This document shows positions 54,857 through 63,147 of a DNA stretch of 64,000 nucleotides, piece after piece. Every line of letters starts with the position of its first letter. Within the stretch, counting starts at the first letter, position 1. The notes under the pieces were generated by a model. That model did no database searches and had not been told where the DNA came from. It saw only the letters and a list, made by a program, of their open reading frames with translations. The position numbers and the translations under genes were made by a program. Source of the DNA: Burkholderiaceae bacterium (lineage in GTDB: Bacteria > Pseudomonadota > Gammaproteobacteria > Burkholderiales > Burkholderiaceae_F); NCBI GenBank assembly GCA_035511515.1, contig DATKFG010000077.1, positions 1,834 through 65,833 of the forward strand, given 5' to 3'.

Positions 54857-56821
54857 ATGTCCATCTCCACGTCACGCCCTCCAACCGGACCGCGCCCTGA
54901 CGCGGGCCAAACGCAGTTTCTCGACGTCATCACGCGGGACGAGGCGACCGCTCGATTCCGTCAGCACCTGACCCTGGCGCCGCTCGGCGCCGAGACCGTC
55001 CCGTTGCGCTCCGCACTGCATCGCGTGCTGGCGGCCGACGTCATCGCGGGCGTCGACGTTCCGGGCTTCGATCGCTCCAACGTGGACGGCTTCGCCGTCA
55101 TCGCAGCCGATACCTTCGGCGCCATGGATGAACGTCCCGTCACCGCAGTGCTCAACGACGAGATCCTGGCCCCGGGCGTAGTGGCCGCCACGCCGGTGGT
55201 GCACCGCCACGCGACGCCGATCGCTACCGGCGGCATGCTTCCGCGCGGCGCCGACGCGGTGCTGATGGTCGAGTATTCGGAGGCCATCAGTGCGGGTCAG
55301 GGCGCGACCCTGGAGATCCGGCGTCCGGTCACCCCGGGGGAGAACGTGAGCTATACCGCCACCGATATCGCTCGCGGCGAAACGGTGCTGCGTGCGGGCA
55401 CCCGCCTCACGTCGCGCGAAATCGGAGTGCTGGCGGCTGTGGGCGTTGCCGAGGTCGGCGTCTATCGCCGTCCCCGCGTGGCGATCTTTTCAACGGGCAA
55501 CGAGATCGTGGCACCGGGATCACCACTGCGGCCCGGCGCGGTGTACGACTCCAATGCAGCGATCGTCGGGGCCGCGGTGGAGGAACTCGGCGGCACCCCG
55601 GTTCATCTGGGCGTCGTGGCGGACGACGAGGCGGCGCTGGCGAGCGCGCTGGCGCGGGCACTGGAGTCCGACGCCGTCGTTTTTTCCGGAGGCACGTCCA
55701 AGGGCGCGGGTGACCTCTCGTACCGGGTGGTCAGCCGGCTTCGCGATCCGGGCATCGTCGCGCATGGGGTTGCGCTCAAGCCGGGCAAGCCGATCTGCCT
55801 TGCCGTGACCGCCGGCAAGCCGGTCGTGATCCTGCCGGGATTTCCGACGTCGGCGATCTTCACGTTCCACGAGTTCGTGGCACCCGTGTTGCGCGCGTAC
55901 GCGGGCCTGCCGGTCGAACGCCGCAATGCGGTCGAAGCGACGTTGCCGATGCGCGTGAACTCGGAACGAGGGCGCACCGAATACCTGCTGGTCGGCCTGG
56001 TGCAGGCCGGCGAGCGCCTGGCCGCCTACCCGATGGGCAAGGGATCGGGTTCGGTGACCACCTTCAGTGCCGCCGACGGCTTCATCACGATCGACCAGCA
56101 CACCGAGATCCTGGACGCGGGAAGCACGGTGCGCGTGCAGCTGCTGGGCGGGCATGTCGAGCCCGCCGACCTCGTGATCATCGGGAGCCATTGCGTCGGC
56201 CTCGACCTGCTGATCGGCAAGTTGACAGCCCGCGGGATCCGCACCAAGGCGCTTTACGTGGGGAGCATGGGCGGTCTGGCGGCCTGCAAGCGGGGCGAAT
56301 GCGATATTGCCGGCATTCATCTGCTCGACCCGGCGTCGGGCGAGTACAACCGGCCATTGCTGACCGCCGGCCTGTCGCTGGTGCCCGGCTACGGTCGCAT
56401 GCAGGGTCTCGTGCACCGACGTGGCGATGCGCGTTTCGAGGGGCGAAGTCTCCAAGAGGCGGTCGCGGCCGCGTGCAACGACGCCGGATGTGTGATGGTC
56501 AATCGCAACGCGGGCAGCGGAACCCGGATATTGGTCGACCAGCTCCTGGGCACGCGAAGACCACCCGGCTACGGTGTCCAGACAAGATCGCACAATGCGG
56601 TTGCCGCGGCGGTCGCTCAAGGTCGTGCCGACTGGGGCCTGGCCATCGACACGGTCGCGGCCCAATACGGACTCGGATTCATCCGCATGCAGGAGGAACG
56701 CTACGACTTCGTTGTTCCGACCGCACGGGTCGGCCGTCCCCCTGTGCAGGCGTTCTGCGCGCTGCTAGGCGATCCCGGGATCCGCAGCGAGCTTCGCGCC
56801 CTGGGATTCCGGATCGACTGA
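54857..56821 (+). CDS. moeA: MoeA (copy 2) fused to a C-terminal PBP-like domain
   Basis: ATG 54857 (a TTG at 54842 overlaps the moeA1 stop). DVPGFDRSNVDGFAV, VVFSGGTSKGAGD. About 220 C-terminal aa are homologous to the sensor domain of regulator 46629..47702. Confidence 0.85.
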   Translation: MSISTSRPPTGPRPDAGQTQFLDVITRDEATARFRQHLTLAPLGAETVPLRSALHRVLAADVIAGVDVPGFDRSNVDGFAVIAADTFGAMDERPVTAVLNDEILAPGVVAATPVVHRHATPIATGGMLPRGADAVLMVEYSEAISAGQGATLEIRRPVTPGENVSYTATDIARGETVLRAGTRLTSREIGVLAAVGVAEVGVYRRPRVAIFSTGNEIVAPGSPLRPGAVYDSNAAIVGAAVEELGGTPVHLGVVADDEAALASALARALESDAVVFSGGTSKGAGDLSYRVVSRLRDPGIVAHGVALKPGKPICLAVTAGKPVVILPGFPTSAIFTFHEFVAPVLRAYAGLPVERRNAVEATLPMRVNSERGRTEYLLVGLVQAGERLAAYPMGKGSGSVTTFSAADGFITIDQHTEILDAGSTVRVQLLGGHVEPADLVIIGSHCVGLDLLIGKLTARGIRTKALYVGSMGGLAACKRGECDIAGIHLLDPASGEYNRPLLTAGLSLVPGYGRMQGLVHRRGDARFEGRSLQEAVAAACNDAGCVMVNRNAGSGTRILVDQLLGTRRPPGYGVQTRSHNAVAAAVAQGRADWGLAIDTVAAQYGLGFIRMQEERYDFVVPTARVGRPPVQAFCALLGDPGIRSELRALGFRID

Positions 56822-56874
56822 CAGGGGTCGCGACACCGGTGGATGCACGCGCGCCGCCGCCGGCGCGCGAACGC

Positions 56875-59682
56875 TCAGGCGGCGTGCTCCGACAGGGCGT
56901 GCTGGTCCGTCGATCCGGCACGGCCGACCACCTCGCCGCCGGCGACGACTCTGACCGCGCAGAACTTGAACTCGGGAATCTTGCCGACCGGATCGAGCGC
57001 GGGATTCGTCAGCATATTGGCCGCCGCCTCGTAGTAGCAGAACGGGATGAACAGCGCGCCCGGCGGCGTGCCGTCGTCCGCCCGCGCGTACAGCGAGATG
57101 CTGCCCCGCCTCGACGCCACCGTGACGACGCCGCCCGGCCTGGCCCCGATCGCCCGCAGGTCGGCCGGGTTCATCGACGCCACCGGGTCGGGCTCGATCG
57201 CATCGAGCACGCTGGCGCGCCGCGTCATCGCACCCGTGTGCCAGTGCTCCAGCTGGCGCCCGGTGATCAGGATCATCGGGTACTCGTCGTCGGGCAACTC
57301 GTCGGCAGGGATCAGGCTGGCCGGGACGAACTTGCCGCGCCCGCTGGGGGTGGGGAAATCCTCGGTGAACACGACCGGCTCACCGGGGTCGCCTTCCTTC
57401 TCGCACGGGTAGGTGACCGAGCTTTCTTCCTGCAGCCGTTCCCACGTGATGCCGGCGATCGAATCCATCCCGGCCCGCATCTCGTCGAACACGTCCGAGA
57501 CGTCACCGTAGTTCCAGTCCAGCCCCAGGCGGCGCGCCATCTGCTCGATGATCCACAGGTCGGGCCGGGCGTCGCCGGGCGCCTGCAGCGCCTGGCGGCC
57601 GAGCTGCACCATCCGGTCCGTGTTGGTGAACGTGCCGGTCTTCTCCGGAAACGCGGTCGCGGGCAGCACCACGTCGGCCAGGTAGCAGGTCTCCGTCAGG
57701 AAGATGTCCTGCACCACCAGGTGCTCCAGCTGCGCCATCGCCTCGCGCGCATGCTGCACGTCGGGGTCGGACATCGCCGGGTTCTCACCCATGATGTACA
57801 TGCCGCGGATCGTGCCGGCATGCGCGGCGTGGATGATTTCGACGACCGTCAGGCCCGGCTTGGGATCGAGCTTCGTCTTCCACAGCTTCTCGAACCTCGC
57901 CCTGGCCTTGTCGTTGGCCACCGACTGGTAGTCCGGGAACACCATGGGAATCAGGCCGGCGTCGGAGGCTCCCTGCACGTTGTTCTGTCCGCGCAAAGGA
58001 TGCAGGCCGCTGCCGGGGCGGCCAATCTGGCCGGTCACCATCGCCAGAGCGATCAGGCAGCGCGCGTTATCGGTGCCGTGCACGTGCTGGGAGATCCCCA
58101 TCCCCCACAGGATCATCGAGCCCTTCGACGTCGCGTACAGGCGCGCGACCTCCTTGAGCGTTTCGGCCGCAATGCCGCACACCGGCGCCATCGCCTCGGG
58201 GCTGAAGCTCTCGACATTCTTCTTCAGCTCCTCGTAGCCGAGGGTCCGGTCCTTGATGAAGGACTGATCGACCAGCCCTTCGTGGATGATGGTGTGCATC
58301 ATCGCGTTCAGCATCGCAACGTCGCTGTCCGGATTGTTCTGCAGGAAATAGGTCGCGTGGCGCGCGAGGTCGGAGCCGCGCGGGTCCGCCACGATCAGCT
58401 TGGCGCCGTTCTTCGCGGCATTCTTGATCCAGGTCGCCGCGACCGGGTGATTGCCGGTCGGATTGGCACCGATCACGAACACCACCTCCGCCTTGGTCAC
58501 GTCCATCACCGGGTTGGACACGGCGCCGGAGCCGATTCCCTCCAGCAGGGCGGCGACGCTGGAAGCGTGGCACAGGCGCGTGCAGTGGTCGACGTTGTTG
58601 GTGCCGAAACCGGTGCGCACCAGCTTCTGGAACAGGTAAGCCTCCTCGTTGGAGCCCTTGGCCGACCCGAAACCGGCGAGCGCCTGCGGACCGTGCGAAT
58701 CGCGAATCCCACGCAGCTTGCCGGCGGCCAGATCGAGCGCCTCTTCCCAGCTCGCCTCCCGAAAAACCGACAGCGGATTGTCCGGATCGACGACGAAATC
58801 GGCCGACTTCGCCATTCCGGGCTTGCGGATCAGGGGTTTGGTCAGGCGCTGCTTGTGGTGGACGTAATCGAAGCCGTAGCGCCCCTTCACGCACAGGCGC
58901 CCCTTGTTGGCCGGCCCGTCGCGGCCCTGGACGTGCAGGATGCGGTTGTCCTTGATGTGGTAGGTCAGCTGGCAGCCGACACCGCAATAGGGGCACAGCG
59001 AGTCGACCGTCTTGTCCGCAGCCACCATGCCCACGCCGTGCGCGGGCATCAAGGCGCCGGTGGGGCACGCCTGCACGCATTCGCCGCAGGCCACGCAGGT
59101 GGACTCGCCCATCGGGTCGTCCAGATCGAACACGATCTTCGAATGGTGACCGCGAAACGCATAGCCGATCACGTCGTTGACCTGCTCCTCCCTGCACGCT
59201 CGAACGCAGCGCGTGCACTGGATGCAGGCATCGAGGTTCACGGCCATCGCCGGGTGGGACAGATCGGGCCCGGGCGACAGGCGGGGCTCGAAGCGCGCCT
59301 GCGTGACGCCGAGCCTGCCGGCCCAGTAGTCGAGTTCGGAGTCGGGCCGGTAGCTCTGTTGCGGCATGTCCGACTTCAGCAGCTCCAGGATCATTTTCTG
59401 CGAATGGATCGCGCGCGCGCTGTCGCTGGAGACCTCCATGCCCGGTTTCGGAGTGCGGCAGCACGACGGCGCCAGCACCCGCTCGCCCTTGATCTCTACC
59501 ATGCAGGCGCGGCAGTTGCCGTCGGGCCGCATGCCCTCCATGTAGCACAGGTGCGGAATCTCGATGCCCACCTGCTTGGCCGCCTGCAGGATCGTCTGGT
59601 CGACCGGCGCGCTCACCTTGCGCCCGTTCAGCGTGAACTCGACCAGGATCGGCGAGGCTTCCTCTTTCAGCAACGCGCTCAT
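56875..59682 (-). CDS. fdsA: NAD-linked formate dehydrogenase alpha subunit (Mo/W-bis-MGD, NuoG-like FeS N-terminus)
   Basis: 935 aa. N-terminal 2Fe-2S/4Fe-4S Cys clusters. The active-site region VDHCTRLCHASSV carries Cys, and there is no in-frame TGA. Confidence 0.95.
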   Translation of the reverse strand: MSALLKEEASPILVEFTLNGRKVSAPVDQTILQAAKQVGIEIPHLCYMEGMRPDGNCRACMVEIKGERVLAPSCCRTPKPGMEVSSDSARAIHSQKMILELLKSDMPQQSYRPDSELDYWAGRLGVTQARFEPRLSPGPDLSHPAMAVNLDACIQCTRCVRACREEQVNDVIGYAFRGHHSKIVFDLDDPMGESTCVACGECVQACPTGALMPAHGVGMVAADKTVDSLCPYCGVGCQLTYHIKDNRILHVQGRDGPANKGRLCVKGRYGFDYVHHKQRLTKPLIRKPGMAKSADFVVDPDNPLSVFREASWEEALDLAAGKLRGIRDSHGPQALAGFGSAKGSNEEAYLFQKLVRTGFGTNNVDHCTRLCHASSVAALLEGIGSGAVSNPVMDVTKAEVVFVIGANPTGNHPVAATWIKNAAKNGAKLIVADPRGSDLARHATYFLQNNPDSDVAMLNAMMHTIIHEGLVDQSFIKDRTLGYEELKKNVESFSPEAMAPVCGIAAETLKEVARLYATSKGSMILWGMGISQHVHGTDNARCLIALAMVTGQIGRPGSGLHPLRGQNNVQGASDAGLIPMVFPDYQSVANDKARARFEKLWKTKLDPKPGLTVVEIIHAAHAGTIRGMYIMGENPAMSDPDVQHAREAMAQLEHLVVQDIFLTETCYLADVVLPATAFPEKTGTFTNTDRMVQLGRQALQAPGDARPDLWIIEQMARRLGLDWNYGDVSDVFDEMRAGMDSIAGITWERLQEESSVTYPCEKEGDPGEPVVFTEDFPTPSGRGKFVPASLIPADELPDDEYPMILITGRQLEHWHTGAMTRRASVLDAIEPDPVASMNPADLRAIGARPGGVVTVASRRGSISLYARADDGTPPGALFIPFCYYEAAANMLTNPALDPVGKIPEFKFCAVRVVAGGEVVGRAGSTDQHALSEHAA

Positions 59683-59716
59683 GACAGCTAACCCTTATGA
59701 CGAGGCATTCGGCAGT

Positions 59717-61426
59717 TCAGGCGATCTCGTGCGGGAAATACTTGATCACACAGCGGATCGGGTTGGGTGCCGCCTGGCCGAGCCCGCAGATCGAAGCATC
59801 GGCCATCGCCTGCGACAGTTCCTCCAGCAAACCCTGATCCCAGCGCGGCGCGGACATCAGGCGGACCGCCTTCTCGGTGCCGACCCGGCAGGGCGTGCAC
59901 TGCCCGCACGATTCATCGGCGAAGAAGCGCATCACGTTCGAGGCGGCACCGCGCGCCGAATCGTGCTGCGAGAGCACGATGATGGCGGCCGATCCGATGA
60001 AACAGCCGTAATCGTTCAGCGTGTCGAAGTCCAGCGGAATATCGCCCATCGAGGCCGGCAGGATCCCGCCCGAGGCGCCGCCCGGCAGGTAAGCGTAGAG
60101 CTGATGGCCCGGCAGCATGCCGCCACAGTATTCGTCGATCAGTTCGCGCACGGTGATGCCGGCCGGCGCCAGGTGGACGCCGGGCTTTTGCACCCGGCCC
60201 GATACCGAAAACGAGCGCAACCCCTTGCGGCCGTGCCGACCGTGAGCCGCGAACCAGTCGGCGCCCTTCTCCAGGATGTCGCGCACCCAGTAAACGGTTT
60301 CCAGATTGTGCTCGAGCGTCGGGTAGCCGAACAGGCCGACCTGGGCCACGTAGGGCGGGCGAAGCCGGGGCATGCCGCGCTTGCCCTCGATCGACTCGAT
60401 CATCGCCGACTCTTCGCCGCAGATGTAGGCCCCGGCACCGCGGCGCAGATGCATCGCGGGCAGCGGGCATGGCGGATCGGCCCGCAGCGCGGCCAGCTCG
60501 CGCGTCAGCATCTCCCGGCACCCCGCGTATTCGTCGCGCAGATAGATGTAGATCTCACCCACGCCGGTCGCCCAGGCGGCAATCAGCATCCCTTCGAGAA
60601 ACCGGTGCGGATCGCGTTCCAGGTAGAAGCGATCCTTGAACGTGCCCGGCTCGCCTTCGTCGATATTGAGCGCCATCAGGCGGGGAGCTCTTTCGGCGCG
60701 GACGATGCGCCACTTGCGCCCGGCCGGAAACCCCGCCCCGCCCAGCCCGCGCAGCCCCGAGTTTTCCATCGTGCGCAGCACCGATTCGACGTCACGGGCG
60801 CCGTCCAGACACTCGCGCAGGATCCGATAGCCGCCGGCGGCGCGGTATTCGGGCAGCGAAACGTACTGGGGGATCCGCGCAGACGTCTTGCCGCGGCTCA
60901 CAGCCGCCATGACTTCGGAAGCGGAGGCGCGCTGCACCGGATTGCGGCCGACCACCGCAACCGGCGCGGCCTCGCAGCGTCCCACGCATGGCACCCTGAC
61001 GACGCGCACATCCTGCCCCGCGCTGCCCGCGAGCCGGGCCAGCAGTTCGCTTGCGCCCGCCATCTCGCAGGCGAGCGAGTCGCACACGCGCACGGTCAGC
61101 GCCGGCGGCGCGCGCTCGGTCTCCTTCACGACGTCGAAATGGTGATAAAAGGTCGCGACTTCGTACACCTCGGTCATCGCGAGCTTCATCTCCGCGGCCA
61201 GCGCCGCGATGTGGGCGGACGAGAGACAGCCGTACCGGTCCTGGATCCGGTGCAGATACTCGATCAGCAGATCGGCGCGGCGAGGGTCCTCACCCAGCAG
61301 CGCCCGCACCTCGAACAGAGCCTCCGGGTCGACGCCGCGGCCCTTCGGCTTGGAGCGCACCTTGCGGCCGGCGCGAGCGACGTCGGCAATCGGTATCACT
61401 TTGGCGTGCACGGCTTTCTCGTTCAT
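59717..61426 (-). CDS. fdsB: formate dehydrogenase diaphorase subunit, NuoE-like/NuoF-like fusion (FdsG-FdsB in one polypeptide)
   Basis: 569 aa from MNEKAVHAKV (ATG 61426). NuoE-type CDSLAC...CVGRC. NuoF-type GLGGAGFPAGRKW, GEPGTFKDR, ESCGQCTPCR. Confidence 0.9.
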   Translation of the reverse strand: MNEKAVHAKVIPIADVARAGRKVRSKPKGRGVDPEALFEVRALLGEDPRRADLLIEYLHRIQDRYGCLSSAHIAALAAEMKLAMTEVYEVATFYHHFDVVKETERAPPALTVRVCDSLACEMAGASELLARLAGSAGQDVRVVRVPCVGRCEAAPVAVVGRNPVQRASASEVMAAVSRGKTSARIPQYVSLPEYRAAGGYRILRECLDGARDVESVLRTMENSGLRGLGGAGFPAGRKWRIVRAERAPRLMALNIDEGEPGTFKDRFYLERDPHRFLEGMLIAAWATGVGEIYIYLRDEYAGCREMLTRELAALRADPPCPLPAMHLRRGAGAYICGEESAMIESIEGKRGMPRLRPPYVAQVGLFGYPTLEHNLETVYWVRDILEKGADWFAAHGRHGRKGLRSFSVSGRVQKPGVHLAPAGITVRELIDEYCGGMLPGHQLYAYLPGGASGGILPASMGDIPLDFDTLNDYGCFIGSAAIIVLSQHDSARGAASNVMRFFADESCGQCTPCRVGTEKAVRLMSAPRWDQGLLEELSQAMADASICGLGQAAPNPIRCVIKYFPHEIA

Positions 61427-62010
61427 CAGGGCTCGAAGTGCGCCAGTTCCTCGCGCGTGTTGATGTTGCTGAAAGCCTCGGCCTGGTCGTCGAAATCCAC
61501 CTCGGCCGTCGCCACCGTTGCGTGCCACGCCTCGACCTTGCGTCCGCCCCCCTGCAGGAAGGCGGTCAGCCGCGGCAGCACACTTCGTCGGCACAGGCAG
61601 AACACCGGGTGCGCCCGTCCCAGCGCGCGCACGGTGGCCAGATCCGCCTGGCGCTGCAACAGTGCTTCCTTCAGGCGAGCGATCAGGTCGGCCGGCAGGA
61701 AGGGAGAATCGCATGGCACGGTTGCGACGAACGGCTGCGCGGTCGCGCACATCGCGGCGTGCAGCCCGGCCAGCGGCCCGGCGAACCCCGCAATGCGGTC
61801 ACCGATCACCGGGCAGCCGAACGCGCCATAGTCTTCGGTATGCCGGTTCGCATTGATCAGCACCTCGTCGACTTGCGGGGCGAAGCGCTCCAGTACCCAT
61901 TGCACCATCGGCCTGCCGCGCAACGGCTGCAGCCCCTTGTCGACACCGCCCATCCGCCGGCCCAGGCCACCGGCCAGGATCACGCCCGCAACTGGCAGAT
62001 CCGCGCTCAT
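61426..62010 (-). CDS. mobA: molybdenum cofactor guanylyltransferase MobA
   Basis: 194 aa from MSADLPVAGVILAGGLGRRMGGVDKGL. ATGA overlap with the fdhD stop. Confidence 0.9.
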   Translation of the reverse strand: MSADLPVAGVILAGGLGRRMGGVDKGLQPLRGRPMVQWVLERFAPQVDEVLINANRHTEDYGAFGCPVIGDRIAGFAGPLAGLHAAMCATAQPFVATVPCDSPFLPADLIARLKEALLQRQADLATVRALGRAHPVFCLCRRSVLPRLTAFLQGGGRKVEAWHATVATAEVDFDDQAEAFSNINTREELAHFEP

Positions 62011-62834
62011 TGCGACAAGCGCTCCGCGCCCGTGTAGATCAGGTAGTGGCGTCCTTGCGCGCGTCCGATCGCGGTGATACCGGTGTGCCGGGCGATTTCC
62101 AGACCCATCTGCGTGATGCCGTTGCGCGAGATCAGGAAGGCAATGCCCATCTGGGCCGTCTTGATCACCATCTCCGAGGTCAGCCGCCCCGTGGTAAACA
62201 GGATCTTGTCGCCGCCGTCGAGGCCTTCGAGCCACATCCGGCCCGCGATCGCATCGATTGCGTTGTGGCGACCGACGTCCTCGATGTACATCAGCACTTC
62301 CAGCCCTGCGGCCCCGTTGCGGATCAGCGCGCACCCGTGCACCGCGCCCGCCTGCTTGTGAATCGTCTGCAACTGGCGCACTTCCTGGGTCAGCGCAAAC
62401 AGCCGTTCCTGGTCCAGGCGGGCATCGGAAGCCAGGCGGATGCGTTCGACATCGCGCATCAGATCGCCGAACATCGTTCCCTGTCCACAGCCGGTCGTCA
62501 CCGTGCGCGGTTGCAGGCGTCCGGCGGCGCCGCCCGGGCCCTGGCGGGTCGTCACCGCCGCCGCGTTCATGTTCCAGTCGACCTGGACCGAGGCGATCTC
62601 ATCGAGGCTGCCGACCAGCCGCTGATTGCGCAGATAGCCGATCGTAAGCGCTTCGGGGCAGGCGCCGAGCGTCATCAGCGTGACGATTTCGAGCTTGTCC
62701 ACGTACAGCGTCAGCGGATGCTCGCCCGCGATGGAAACGGGCACCGTTTCCCCCTTTTCGTTGACCGCATGGGTCTCGAAAGTCAACGGTCGGCTAGCCC
62801 GCGTTAGCAGCGGAAAGGAAGGGGGAGCACCCAT
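62007..62834 (-). CDS. fdhD: formate dehydrogenase accessory sulfurtransferase FdhD (copy 2)
   Basis: 275 aa. TTGCGQG and EDVGRHNAIDAIAG motifs. First gene of the fdhD-mobA-fdsB-fdsA operon. Confidence 0.9.
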   Translation of the reverse strand: MGAPPSFPLLTRASRPLTFETHAVNEKGETVPVSIAGEHPLTLYVDKLEIVTLMTLGACPEALTIGYLRNQRLVGSLDEIASVQVDWNMNAAAVTTRQGPGGAAGRLQPRTVTTGCGQGTMFGDLMRDVERIRLASDARLDQERLFALTQEVRQLQTIHKQAGAVHGCALIRNGAAGLEVLMYIEDVGRHNAIDAIAGRMWLEGLDGGDKILFTTGRLTSEMVIKTAQMGIAFLISRNGITQMGLEIARHTGITAIGRAQGRHYLIYTGAERLSQ

Positions 62835-62912
62835 GGGGAAGACGTGGTACCTGACATATCAGATGATAAGGGCGTTTCGCGTCTCCGCAATATGTTGGGC
62901 CGGACATAACTA

Positions 62913-63049
62913 GGCCCTCACCCCCTCTAGGCCCTCACCCCCTCCCCTCTCCCATTGCATAGGCGAGGGGCGATCGGGCGCCGCAAGTGTTTAGACGCTC
63001 GCGAGAAGGACGTGGGATCGCCCCTCGCCCGCGCAGTAGAGGGGGTGAG
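62913..63049. repeat. REP/MITE-like element (copy E) with a duplicated terminus
   Basis: TAGGCCCTCACCCCCTC occurs twice in tandem (62911-62944). Then CCCTCTCCCATTGCATAGGCGAGGGGCGAT ... GATCGCCCCTCGCCCGCGCAGTAGAGGGGGTGAGC. Confidence 0.8.
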
Positions 63050-63147
63050 CGCGCCGGCTCGCTCCGCGCGCAATATGAATATGAGCAAATGTTCGTTCCG
63101 GACGGCGCGCGCGGTTGCTAGCGTTTCGGGTCGATCGGACCTTATTG

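Noticed and set aside
56875-59682. A possible selenocysteine (in-frame TGA) and SECIS element in the formate dehydrogenase.
   Set aside because: The ORF is uninterrupted and the ligand position is Cys (RLCHASS). No TGA recoding is needed.
56191-59691. A 1166-aa plus-strand ORF covering the whole formate dehydrogenase alpha gene.
   Set aside because: It is antisense to an unmistakable FdsA with Cys clusters and MGD motifs. Its translation is low-complexity and Arg/Gly/His-rich. The same reasoning applies to 49228..51795 (antisense to aorAB), 59564..61831, 9872..11359 and 11539..12492.
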